A stretch of 63,406 bases of DNA, filler included. It is 13 parts of 13 records of this genome, joined end to end, with 100 filler letters (N's around TTAATTAATTAA, not from the genome) between each part and the next. Parts side by side here need not be neighbours in the genome. Positions count along the whole stretch, not along the records: positions 30,169 to 36,217 come from SRR7504441_24159; positions 36,318 to 40,003 come from SRR7504441_24173; positions 40,104 to 43,522 come from SRR7504441_24199; positions 43,623 to 47,760 come from SRR7504441_24201; 9 more parts are not named here. The stretch is one strand, 5' to 3'. This document shows, in pieces, positions 35,768 through 47,860 of this stretch (position 1 is the first letter of the stretch; each line of letters opens with the position of its first letter). The notes under the pieces are model-generated. The model did no database searches and had not been told where the DNA came from. It saw only the letters and a program-made list of their open reading frames with translations. Position numbers and translations under genes: made by a program.

Positions 35768-36519
35768 CTCGCATAGATACATAGCTCGCACCATTGATGA
35801 TTGATCAGAAGTTTAGAACCTTTTGTGAAGCACTGAAGCTCCCGAGAGAATATCGGACAGGTCGTGTACTCGTACTGATTGTTGAATTTGAGCTATATAA
35901 AATTGAATTGAAATGCGACAAAATTTTATATAAACGACAGCTATACACTTGAGTCATGTGTAGATTATTTTCAGCTGGACGAGTATCGCGATCGATCGAT
36001 CGGTTCATTCGACCACGACTACAGTATACTCCACATGAATTAATAAGCCCAGTCTTTACGCGTAACTAGACACATTCCTGAGTGGACGGGCGCTCGCCGG
36101 CACTCAGCGGACTCAGAGGTCCGGCCGGCCCGGCTCCTGCCCGGTGTCGCGGTATAGCTTGGCCACGGCGCTTTTGACTCGATCGTACCCGCCGCCGTTG
36201 ATCACCGCGCTAAAATTNNNNNNNNNNNNNNNNNNNNNNNNNNNNNNNNNNNNNNNNNNNNTTAATTAATTAANNNNNNNNNNNNNNNNNNNNNNNNNNN
36301 NNNNNNNNNNNNNNNNNCCCCGGCCGATCCATTTTTAACGGACTCTCTCCCCGCTCAGGCGGTGTGCACATCAGTTGCATGTAAGATGCATGCCCTAGTG
36401 GCCTCAAACTACTAAAATAAATACGAGCTCTCTCACACCTCAATTCTTACAACTAGTATTTTATTAAAATTCTATAATTCCACTGAAGTCAAACAAGTAC
36501 TGATTGAACATTTTATACG

Positions 36520-39500
36520 CTACTCATACTCGGCAAAGACCCTTTGCGAGAGCAGCACTTGTTCGAGAAGTTCGGCTCTCTCAATCTCGAGCGGTGGCTT
36601 CATCATCATCTCGCTCAGCCGGGCCACGATCTGCTTGAGCAGCACCAGCTTGGTCTCGGCCAAGAACTCGTCGTTTGTACCAGGATCGAAATAAAACATA
36701 GCAATCTCGAAATTGCGCAGGTACTCGCGGCATTTATGCTGCACCGCAATCGCTTCGTTGATCAGCTCCACAATCGCGGCCTTGTCCGCTGGGTCGCCGT
36801 GCTCCATGACAATCTACGGCCGGTTGGGCTTAACGAACCGCCTATCAGGCCAGCACCTCGCAGTTTTCAGCCAGCTTGGGCTCCATCTCCTTGAGCTGCT
36901 TGGTGTCCGTGTCGTGCTCTTTCCAGGCAGTCCAACACGCCAGGTACCTGCACGCACTCAGCCTGACTGCAGAAGCTGCCAGGCTGACCGGAGCAAGTCG
37001 GCCCGCTTCTTGTCCTTGCCTGCGAGCTCTTTCATGTTCAGTTCTTTGGCCTTTCTGTTGCAGTCAAAGAAAGAATCGTGTGTATTGGTGCCACTTCTCG
37101 GGGTGCCGTTGCCACCCTTGTACATCGGTTGCAGACACACCCTGCAACAAGTTCTGAGACCGACAGACCGCTAGACTGACCAGCAAAAGTGGTATCCACA
37201 TCCTCCTGTGCTTGTGCTGTCGTAGGGCCCTCCTGAGCCACACTTAATGTGGTTACAGCCGCCGTTCTTGGAGATCGCGTTGCCACATCTGGGGCAAGAC
37301 TTGGTGTTCGATTCGATCCAAGTCATCGTGGCGTTTCCTCCCTCATCAACGCTTCGCTTGTTCCAATCCTTCATATCGGTGCCTGCCAAACAGCAGGCGT
37401 CAGGCCTTGTGGTTAGGCCAACTCACAGCTGACGGGCTTGTGCCCCACTGGGCCCTGATGCAGGCACCAGAAGCAGAACGTATGCTGATTGCCGCAAGTG
37501 AAGGGCAAACACTCAACCGTGCTAGTAGCCTGTGTGACTTGTCTGGACTTGCTGCCGTCGATCGCCATCGTGCAGCCAGGCGCTGGGCACCATTTGATGA
37601 GTGGAGCTTGTCCCACAAAGTTCTGCAATCCAGCCAGTCAGCATCACTCAGCAGCCAGTCTCGTGCCTGGAGCAGGAAGCGCTGGTACCGGTCATATGTA
37701 TCCTCATCCACTAGCCTTTTGATCATGGACTCGGGCACGTGAGGGCACCCGCCGCTTTCGGGGGGATTTGCGGCGCAGATGGGGCACCGGATCACCAGTT
37801 TGTTCTCAGCGATGCTCCTGGAGATGTTCTCCCGCCAGCAAGGCACGCCTGCCCGGGTCCAGTCAGCCCCAAAGCGCTAGGGGTCGCGCACAGATCTCGT
37901 GACCGCACATGAGCATCGCATAGTGCGGCGACAGATCGTCAGGAGGAGGGTCCTTCACAGGAGAGTCGTCGTCGCCCCAGTATGCCACGCAGTCATCCGC
38001 GATCCCGAGAGGACAGCAGTTCCAACTCGGCTCGCATTTGGCCTCTGTGGGGGGCGCCATTTGCAGCCCGCATTTGTTGAGCAGGGCCTCGACGCCACCA
38101 AATGCAAAGAAGTCGTTCCTGCCAGCAGCCTCAGATATCACACACTGGAGCGACTCACATGAGATTGCCTTGACTCCAGTTGTAGTACGGCAGCAGCACG
38201 GCCACCAACGCGGTGTCTATCCCGAGCATCTCCTGCGCTTTCAGGATCCGCTCCGATCGGGCTGCTGCAATCTCATCCGACGACATAGCACAGGGCATGC
38301 ATTGCACTTCCTCCACCACCTCCCCGCCCCAGCCATCGCTGCTGCCTCCCGAGGGCCAGCTGTCGCTGTCGCTCCCATCGTGGTGCCAGCAGTCGTCGTC
38401 GTCGTCCTCGTCATCGTGCCAGCCGTCGTCCTCCTCATCATCCTGCTCTGCCTCGAGCTCAGCCGCGAGCTCCGCTGCCTCTCGAGCCTCCGCCTCCAAC
38501 CGCCGCTTCTCACGCTCCTCGCTTTCCTGCTTCTTGGCGGCCCTGGCAGCCTCAATGCTCTCCACTAGCATCTCCACACTCACCTCAATGTCAAGATTGA
38601 CAGACTGGTCGGTATGAAGCTTCAGTGCAACCGCCACCTCCCTGGCCTCATACCCTCTCTCGAGCAATGCCGTCCTGAGCAGCTCTTTGTGCACCGAGAA
38701 CTGCTCCTGCCGCTGCCTGGCCGCCGCCTCCGCCGCCAGCTCGGCCTGTCTGGCCTCGCGCTGCTGCTGCCACTCACGTTCCGCTTGATTGATCTCCACC
38801 AGCCAGTCCCTCTTCGCATCGACCACACGCATCTCCTTGAGCAGCTCAGACGGCGTGCTCCCGCCATGCGCTGTCCGGGCCCCGAGCACCACCGCCGCTG
38901 CCAGAAGCGCCTCCTTCTGGCAGCTCAGCTGCAGCGCGGTTTGGCCCTGGCTGTCAGGCCTGTCTTTGCCCTGGGCCGCCTGCATCATATCTGCCAGCAG
39001 CGCCAGGTGTGCCTCGAGCTGCGCCTCAGCCGGCTGCATGCACACCGCCGTGTGCACAGGGGTCCTGCCCGTCCCCTTCTGCGGATGCAGCGGGTTGGCC
39101 AGCCGTGTAAGCAGGCACTTCCCTGCCTCGAGTCTATAGTGCCTTACAGCAAACTGCAGCGCTGTATTCCCATCATAGTCCTGATCGTTGGCCAGCACGA
39201 ACGGAGCCTTGCTGCTCAGCTGCTCGAGCACGTCAGCTACCTGCCCGTTCTCGGATGCGGCCAGCAGCTGCATGTGTCCCTCCTGAAACGCCGCCTGCAG
39301 TTCGGCTGTGCGCTGCGCAAGCAAGCCCTGCTCCGTCTCGCCGTCAACCAGCCCAGCCAGGCAGTCGCAGCTCGCCCCGCGGGCCAGCAGTGCCTGCACC
39401 AGCTCCTCGTCCAGCGCCCGCCCGAGCAGCGACTCGGGCCCTTTACCGGGCAGCCCGTCCGGCCGTCGGGTGGAGCCGGCGGCCGCCGCTTGGCACGCCA

Positions 39501-39930
39501 CGCCGAGCGGGGTCTGGCCGTTGGCGTCGACAGCGTCCATGTCAGCCCCGAAGTTGAGCAGCAGCAGCCCGGTGAGCACCGGGGCTCGGCCGAACTCGTG
39601 CACGCCCACCGGTTCCATCTCGCTGTAGTCGACAGGCGGCAGCCCGCGGGCCGGCATGCCGCCCGGATGGCCGCAGATGTACCGGGCCGCGACGTGCAGC
39701 GGAGTCTCGCGCTCGGGGCCGCCCGGGATGCTCGGGTTGGCCCCCTTGCGGAGCAGCGCCAGCACCTGCAGCGGCTCGCCGGCGAGGACCAGCCGGTGGA
39801 GCAGCGGCAGCCCGTCGAGCTCGATCGCGTCAAGCTCCGCCGGGGAGGCGTGCCGGTTGTCGGCGAGCAGCGCGTCCACCGCCATCAGCGCCTGCGAGCT
39901 TCCTGATGGCCGGCGCCGCAGCTGGAACAT
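36520..39930 (-). CDS. Ankyrin-repeat + Ariadne-type RBR E3 ubiquitin ligase (ANKIB1-like architecture)
   Basis: ANK repeats (ETPLHVAA, GNTALQFAV), then the spliced RING1 (CGHEICVPCW), IBR (KWCPAPGC...FCFWC...HKPVSC) and RING2 (NTKSCPRCGNAISKNGGCNHIKC...FCWVC). Seven short introns. Confidence 0.88.
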
Positions 39931-40103
39931 GGACGGCGCTTCCTGAGGCCCGGCCCGGCGCTCAACGGACTTGCACGCCACTCAGAGTTTGCTCCAACGG
40001 AAGNNNNNNNNNNNNNNNNNNNNNNNNNNNNNNNNNNNNNNNNNNNNTTAATTAATTAANNNNNNNNNNNNNNNNNNNNNNNNNNNNNNNNNNNNNNNNN
40101 NNN

Positions 40104-41388
40104 GGTTCATCCAACAGAAACTTGAACAGGCTTCGGCCCAAGATAAGCATATGGTCTTCCAAGAGGTCCGACCCCAATAGTCAGCAAAGTCGAGCCATGT
40201 CTGCTCACTGTTTCTGACTTCTCAGGTGCTCTCGGACTCGGTCGCTCTATCGAAGGATGTCTTTGGCAACTACATAATACAAAAGCTGCTCCAGCACGGC
40301 GATCAGCAGATGGTGCCGCCCTGTCGGGCATGCTAGTCCCACCCTGTGCCCAGGTGTCCCAACTGACAGCCCAACTCATCCCCCAAGCACTTGAGCTCTC
40401 GTATCACACCTATGGCTGCAGGCACCGGCCAGGCTGCCCGAGTGGTCTGAGGCCGGTGTGCAGGGTGATCCAGCGGGCTATCGAAATGAGCAACGACGCT
40501 GGGCGGACTGAGATCCTGCAGCAGCTCCGTGGCGAGCAGGCAGGGCTGCTGCTCGACTCCAAGGGAAATCACGTGATCCAAAAGTGCATTCAAATGGTCT
40601 GTGGCACGCACTGCTGCCTGGGTCACCAAGCTTGGCAGGTGCGAGCTGGTTTCACGCTCGAAATCCTTCAGCTGTTCGGGACGGAGCAGGCCTGCCTCAA
40701 GTTTGTCAAGCACGAGTACGGTTGCCGGGTGGTTCAGAGGATCCTTGAGCACTGCTCAGCGCCACAGGTGCCCCTTGGCGGGGACTGGGCTCATTTTCTG
40801 AGGCCAGGTCGAGCCTATTGTGGCGTGTGTGCTCAAGAACGTGGCGCAGCTCTCGATGGACCAGTTCGGTGAACGGCCTGACTGGCCCAAAGTGATCCGC
40901 TGGTGGCAGGCAACTATGTGATTCAGCACTTGCTGCAGCACGGAGACGAGCGTATCTACAGCACAATCACTGCGCAAGTCAAGAACAAGGTGAATGAACG
41001 TCAGCAGCCAGCGATAACTCGCTGTTGTGCTGCAGGTTCTGAATATGAGCCTTCACAAGTTTGCAAGCAACGTGATAGAGAAGGCGCTCGCTGTGCCGCA
41101 ACTCTGCACTCGGCTGGTCGAAGAGGTGTGTCTAAGTGACCCTTACCACAACTGAGACTGTGCGGCGCTCAGGTGACACCAGCAACCACCGAAGGCGCAC
41201 AAGACTCGCCCTTGCTCCAAATGATGAAGGACCAGTATGGAAACTACGTGGTCCAGAAGATGATAGAGCATGCTTCGCCTGCCCAGCGCGAGACCCTGCT
41301 CAAATGCGCCCAGGAAGCGGCTGCACAGCTGCGGAACGGCTCTTACAGCAAACACATTGTCAGCTTGGTTGAGAAGCTGGCGATATGA
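40104..41388 (+). CDS. PUM: Pumilio/PUF RNA-binding protein, PUM-HD (5'-truncated)
   Basis: Eight repeats after splicing: RFIQQKL, GNYIIQK, GCRVIQR, GNHVIQK, GCRVVQR, GNYVIQH, ASNVIEK, GNYVVQK. This is the canonical UGUAnAUA-type recognition code. Confidence 0.95.
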
Positions 41389-41874
41389 TCTCAAACAGTG
41401 GTGGGCTTCCCCTGTCGAAACAGTGGTTGTACAAATATTGTAGAGGAGCTATTCATTGCAGATCGGAACAGAGTTGCAATTGCCAGTCAGACTGAGTCTG
41501 GATGTACATGTACCAGGAAATTACCAGGAAATACAGTCGTGATGTTGGGATCCGCGGATCCGGGCTAACGATACCGGATTAGCGATATAGCATACCTACG
41601 CGATGGCAGATAAAAGTAAGTGGGGGCAAAGTCACTTGAATATGAATATAAGGATCGAATCATTAAACTCAGTTTATTAATTCCAATTCGCTTTGCAATT
41701 GTTTGTTTTTCTAATTTGATACATCAATGTCTATTTGTACTAGCTAGAGGGGTATGTCTATAAATTTGTACTGGCACCAAGCAGGCACTAAAGTGAACTT
41801 ACAAGTAGTGAACCTTTACATTCATAATGATTGCACACTGTCATGTATTGTTAAGTCTGTGACACTATTGCAGA

Positions 41875-43522
41875 TTACGGATGGGATCGTTCGATGGTAA
41901 CCGAGCTACGCCCAATCAGGCCATTGTCCTCAGCTCGTGCGCCGGAGCCGTATCCAAAGTCGGGCGAATGTCGCGTGAACTGATGCCAAAGCTCATCAAA
42001 CCGGCTCAGATACGGCTCGAAGCTCGCTTGAAATTCGGGGTCGGTTCCTACCATGCGCATCAGTGACAATGCTGCAGCCCCGCTCTCCGAAAAGTCCTTT
42101 GTTACAGCGAATCGGACAATGCCAACCAGCGCCAGAGCTGCCGATGGTCGGAGGCACTGTTGCACGCAAACCCGGCCTGTCTCACAGCCCGCCAAGTGGT
42201 GGAGTGCCACACACGCCCATTTGTGCTTGTTGTACAGCGGAGAACGAGTCAAATACCCAAACACACACACATTCTCATACGAGGGCACCTCGCTCGCAGC
42301 CAAACAGTCAGCCATCAGCCGCACTAACCGGTCTAGACTGGCCGGGCCGCTCGGGCCAAACAGCTCTGTGCACAGAGGCTGGCCGATCTGATGCAGAGAG
42401 AACCCGCAGAACTTGAGCGCTGTGAACTGCAGCAGCGGATCGTCTCCACTGATAAACTGTTCGACTGCCGGCAGCGCGCTCCCAGCCAGCACCCGACTCT
42501 TGAAGCCTGCGCTGTACCCAAAGTTACCGAGCGCCCAGAGGCATTTCTCAGTAACGGCCGGCAAGGACGAGTCTTGAAGCCGGTTCTCGAGTGCTGAGAT
42601 CATCTCGCCGTTCGGGCCGGCAAGTCTGGTGAGCAGCTCGCTATCCTGCGACCTGCTGAGGGTTGCCACGAGCACCAACCCGCTCGTGGCGAGCTCCTCC
42701 GACGGGTTGCATCCGGACACCAGCGCTGTCACCCGTTCGATCAGCCCGTCGGCCTTGCCGATCACAGCGGCTGTCCTGTACTCGTTTGCCCTCCCAAAAT
42801 TGGCGAGCACATACAGCGCACGAGGCTGGTGCTCGGCCCAGGCCGGCTGGCAGGCCACGCCCATTAGCAGCTGGACCGCCCCGGCCGCCATCAGTTCGTG
42901 GATGGTCGGCTCCCAGTCCTGCTTCTTGTAAATAAGCTGGCCTGTTACCGGCAGATACTCTGGCCTTCCGGTGAGGCTTTGCATGATCGATAGCCCATCT
43001 CGTACAATCTGCCCGGCGCCACGCCTCCCGGGCCCAGCCTCTATCGCCACTGAGAGCACCGCCACCAGCTGAGCCGGCAGGTGCGCCTCCCGTAACGGGC
43101 CGCGCAGCTCCGTCCGGTGGCACAGGAACCTGAGTGCTTGAAGAGCGTCCACTTGGACTGCGGACTCCGGACTCTCCAGTTTCGCCACGAGCGCACGCAG
43201 GTCCCGGCAGTCGTGCTCGCCCGATAAGCTAGCGGCCACCAGCCGGGCCGTGGCGTTGGCGGCCAGCGTGGGCGGCGGACTGGACGGGCTGGCCAGCTGC
43301 CGCCTGATCTGACCTACCAGCGTGGCCAGGTTGGCTTCCCAGTTGTCTTCAAACCGTCCGAGTGGCGGGAGCCGGTTCCGTTGATTGAGGAAGCTCTGCA
43401 GCTTGGGCACAACCATTTGCACGTCCGGCCTGTGCGCGGTGAAGTCCTGGGGCGCCCGCATCACTTGGTCAAAAGGGTCTGAGTCGAACATCACTGGGAC
43501 CATCGGTTTAGACTTATCCCAC
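41875..43522 (-). CDS. Armadillo/HEAT-repeat protein (5'-truncated)
   Basis: Helical repeats (DALQALRFL, RALYVLANF, KCLWALGNF, WACVALHHL). The frame is open to the contig end. Confidence 0.7.
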
Positions 43523-43939
43523 NNNNNNNNNNNNNNNNNNNNNNNNNNNNNNNNNNNNNNNNNNNNTTAATTAATTAANNNNNNNNNNNNNNNNNNNNNN
43601 NNNNNNNNNNNNNNNNNNNNNNCCTGCGGCAGCTCCCACTTGCCCAGCCACATCAAGCCAGAGCTTGCAGTAGACCCCTGACCCAGAGCTTGCATTTGTT
43701 GAATGAAAATGTCGTTGTGCAACGTCCGCAGTGATGTGGCAGCAGGACTAGAGTCAAGTGCGAGTCGGAGCTCAAGCATGCTTAATTTGTGTACGTTGTG
43801 TGAGCGGTAGCTCAACGTTGGTTAGAAGCTACGTTCTTCCACGCTCGAGCATTTTCCAAATTCCAACGTATATATCCCGCAATTTTATACAGAGAGTGAC
43901 TCATTAACTTAAGTGCGCACAAGAAGCTCTTTTGTTGGC

Positions 43940-46360
43940 TCAATCGTCAGAGTCGTCGCTGTCCTCCTCCTCGGCCTCCTTGAGCCAGGTGAGGAACTTG
44001 CTGCACCACGCCACATACGTGGTCTCGCCCCCGTCGATCGCTTGCCGCTCCCACCTTAGGATGATGTCCTCCTCGACCAACTCATTATCGTACAATTGCT
44101 GCAGCAACAGCCCCATCCGCTTGCCTTGCCGCTTGGTCTCACAATATTCTTGCAGCTCATACAGCAGATCTATCTGCACCTGCCAGCGACAGTGACCCCC
44201 AGCTCCATCCAAAAGCCACCTCTTTGTCCACAATGAAAGGCTCCACAAACTTGCTCCACTGCTCCATTGCCTTCACCAGCTCTCCTGTGCCGTCGGGCAG
44301 CAGCTCAAGCAACGCGGCCAGAATCGAGCACGCGCACTCCCCGAACGACTCGTCATACGCCTGTTAACGCTCATTGCCTTATTAGGCAGGTAACTGTCAC
44401 CGGCTTGAGCGAGGAACGGATCTCGAGCACGACATTCGCCACCTCTACGCTCTCAGCGATACCCCGCTTCACAGTGTCCTTCACCTCGGCCCTGAACCCG
44501 TCTTCCTGCCCAGCTGGTGCACTCGGGTCCTCCGCGGCCTCCTCCTGGTCCTCGTCGCTGCTGTCTGAGACCGCTCCCTCTGGCGCCCTCACATCAGCCC
44601 AGCTTGCCGAACCGTCGGCCACGCCCAGCCACAGCCGGCCCACCCCGCCCTCGCCCACGGCCTTGGGCCCATCCAGCTCGCCCTCCGGCCCCTCCGCGGG
44701 CGCCGGCTCGTCCTCGTCCTCAAACTCGTCATCGTCCTCGCCCTGCACCGAGTGAGCCTCGGATGGGAGCGGCTGGGTGCCTGCTCGCAGGTAGTGACCC
44801 TTTGGCCGGGCGCCAGCAGAAACCCGGGGCCGATCCTAGTGCCAAACGACACTATGCAGCCTGCCCCCGCTCCGACCCGCCGGCCGGCCAGCCGCACCTT
44901 CACTCACTATGGCGCCGGCGCCCACAGTCGCGCCCCGCCCGCACACGACAGCTCTCCTCACCGTGCAGCCGTCCTCGAGCACTGAGCCAGCCCAGAGGAA
45001 GGCGCCGTCCACCGTGACGTTGGCGCCGATCTTACAGTTCCGTCCGATCACTGAGCCGCTGATCGATGAGTCTTGACCGATCTCAGTCCCAGATCCGATC
45101 ATCGAGTCGACCCCTAGCGAGGCATTCTGGCCGAGCAGCACGTTGGCCTCCCGGTATACCCCGCCCCGCCGGTACATATACGGCTCGCCCGGGAAGTTGC
45201 CGTCGGGCACAATCGGATACGCCCAGCGGCGGACAATGTCGCGTGTGATGGCATCGTACGACCTCAGGTTGTGCACCTGCCAGCAGGATGAGCAGCAGCC
45301 GGGCCGACCGGGTACCTGGGCGGCGTATTTGTCGGTTAGGGTGTACACGTGCACCTTGTTGTCATACAGGCAGTCGTTGAGCATGTCGAAGATGACTGCC
45401 TTCAAGAAGTCCTGCACCCCAGGGCCTCAGGGCCACAGCGGAGCCGGATCACCCGACGGATCTCCTCGTAGTCGAATTCGTCGTTGAACCTGTCGAGCAG
45501 CTCCGGCGAGCACACGAAGATCCCGCAGTCCATCAAGTCATGCCGCAGGTGCACAACTTCCCGCCCTTGCAGCACCGTCAGATCCATCGACACCTCGCCA
45601 GGCCTCGGCCCAGCCCGGCCCACGGCGCACCTGGTCGTCCTCGCCCACCTCCTCGTACCAGAGCATCTGACTCGACTCGTCCAGCGCCAGCAGCTGCCGC
45701 CCGCTCGCCGCCCGTCGGCACACGCGGCGCGCACCGTCTTATCGTTGGTCGGACGGGTTGGGTGCCGCGGCGGGGCCTCCTTGAAGACCATGGTCATAAT
45801 GCAGCTGCCCGCACCGCTCAGCCCGGCCCGGCCCGGCCGCACCGCTTGTCCCTGGCCCTGCGCTCCCTGTGATCGGCCACCACGCTGCGCAGGTTCATGT
45901 TGGAGAGAACGTCGCCCGATATCAGAATGAAGTCATTCTGGATCGTCTCGAGCTCGGCCATCTCGCGGATGGCGTCGCCCTCGGTCCAGGCCCCCTGGCT
46001 CGACACGCACTCGATCCGCACCGACTCCATCTGCGAGAACTTGGAGGCGGCGATGTGCTCTCGGACCGCCTCGGCGTGGCTCCGGCAGAAGACCTGCGCT
46101 CAGGGTGAGCCGGGCCGGGCGGGCGGGGCACGTAGATCTCCTCGACCCCGTTCCCGGCGAGCAGCTCGATCGTGTAATCTATCATCGGCACGTTGGCCAG
46201 TGGCATCAGCACCTGGCTGGCCTCGGCCGGCCCGGCGGCCGGGGGGCGCCTTGGGCATCTCGAGCGTGATGGGCCGGAACTGCGGGTTGGTGACCAGCGA
46301 GTCCGCCAGCACCACCGCCTGCAGCTTCACCTTCTCCTCCAGATCGCCCAGCTTACCCAT
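43940..46360 (-). CDS. EIF2B5: Translation initiation factor eIF2B epsilon subunit
   Basis: LQAVVLADS, FRPITLEMPK-VLMPLANVPMIDYT, DFILISGDVLSN, hexapeptide repeats (SVIGRNCKIG) and W2 domain (LYDNELVEED, FLTWLKEAEEE). Eleven introns of roughly 37-41 nt. Confidence 0.95.
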
Positions 46361-46432
46361 TCGTCTTCCTCCTGTCAGTGTCTGCCTCCGGGCCGGTGCG
46401 GCTTGTGTCCGTTGTTTTTTGTTCGCCGGTCG

Positions 46433-47760
46433 ATGGCTGCTCGAGCCGTGCTGCTGGCGGGGCTGCTGGCGGCCGGGCTGGCGGCCGGCTCGCAGGAGTT
46501 CGAAGCGCACCGGATGATCCAGGCGCCCCCTCCCCCCCCTGGCCCCGGAGCTCACCCGGCCGCAGTTCGATCGGGCCGGTCTGCGGTATGGAAGTCGGAA
46601 GACTTGGACCTCCGCGATGGCCGGCGCCCTGGGCTCGGCCGGGCTGAGCGGCAAGCTGGCCATGCTCCACCTGGAGCAGATCACCCCGCCGATGGTGGCC
46701 CAGATTGCCAACGGCAGCCTAGCGGCCGGGGTGCTGGTGGTGCTCCCCGCGGACATGGAGTCGCTCTCCCCGGAGGCCAAAGCCAGCTGGCGTGCGGCCG
46801 AGAGGGAGCTGATGCTGGCCGAGGTGGCCGTCCCGGTGTTCTTCGCCTTCCGCGGCCCGGCGGTGGACTCGATCCTCGATCGGGTGGCCGGCGGGGCGCT
46901 CGAGGGCCATCAGCTGACGGTTCACCTGCCCGAGGCTGGGCCGGTCGGGCCGGTCCAAGCGGTCAACATGCAGGGCTGGCTGGCCGGAGTGGGCGGGGAG
47001 CACGGCGGCGTGGACCAGCTCCCCACGCTGGCGGTGGTCGCCCACTATGACAGCTTTGGCATCGCTCCGAGCCTTGCCACGGGCGCCGACGACAATGCGA
47101 GCGGGGTGGTAGCCCTGCTGGAGCTAGCAAGGCTGTTCTCCAAGCTGTATGGCCGGCTGCGGACCCAGGGCAAGTACAATCTGGTGTTCTTGCTCACAGG
47201 CGCCGGAATGCTCAACTTTGGAGGCGCCAAGCACTGGCTGGAACAGGTGCGGAATGGATGTTTATTATTGATTAATTGATGGCCGCAGGCGGACGTCGGA
47301 CTGCTCGAGACGATCGAGTTCGCGCTGTGCATCGACTCGATCGGCACCGGCGACCAGCTCTACCTGCACACCTCCAAGCCGTCCAAGGATCCCGAGGCAG
47401 CGACCCTCGTCTCTCGGTCAGCAAGCCTTGTCCAGGGCCGCCGGGCGAGCCGCGGGGGGCAGCTTCAACCAGACCGCCGCCCAGATGGGAATCCCGTTCA
47501 CCCCCCTCCACCGCAAGATAGACTTGTCCGACCCTGAGGCCTTTGAACGGCTCTGGCGGCGGCTGAGCCAGTTAGTCCAGGTGTACTGGCAACATGAGCA
47601 GTTCTCCAGGAAGCGAGTGCTCGCCGGGACAATCTCCGGCCAGAAGGATGCGCTGGCCTCGACTGAGCGCGGCTCGCTGCTGGACCGACGAGTCGACATG
47701 TCTGCTCTCACAAAGAACATCAGGCTAATTGCTGAGGTGCGACCGATCACGAGGACCCCA
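46433..47760 (+). CDS. NCLN: Nicalin (M28-like ER membrane protein), 3'-truncated
   Basis: EFEAHRMIQ-FD..G..YGSR, LPTLAVVAHYDSFGIAPSLATGADDNASGVVALLELARLFSKLY, YNLVFLLTGAG and HRKI...WQHEQF. GC-AG introns at 46523-46565 and 47539-47580. Confidence 0.92.
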
Positions 47761-47860
47761 NNNNNNNNNNNNNNNNNNNNNNNNNNNNNNNNNNNNNNNN
47801 NNNNTTAATTAATTAANNNNNNNNNNNNNNNNNNNNNNNNNNNNNNNNNNNNNNNNNNNN

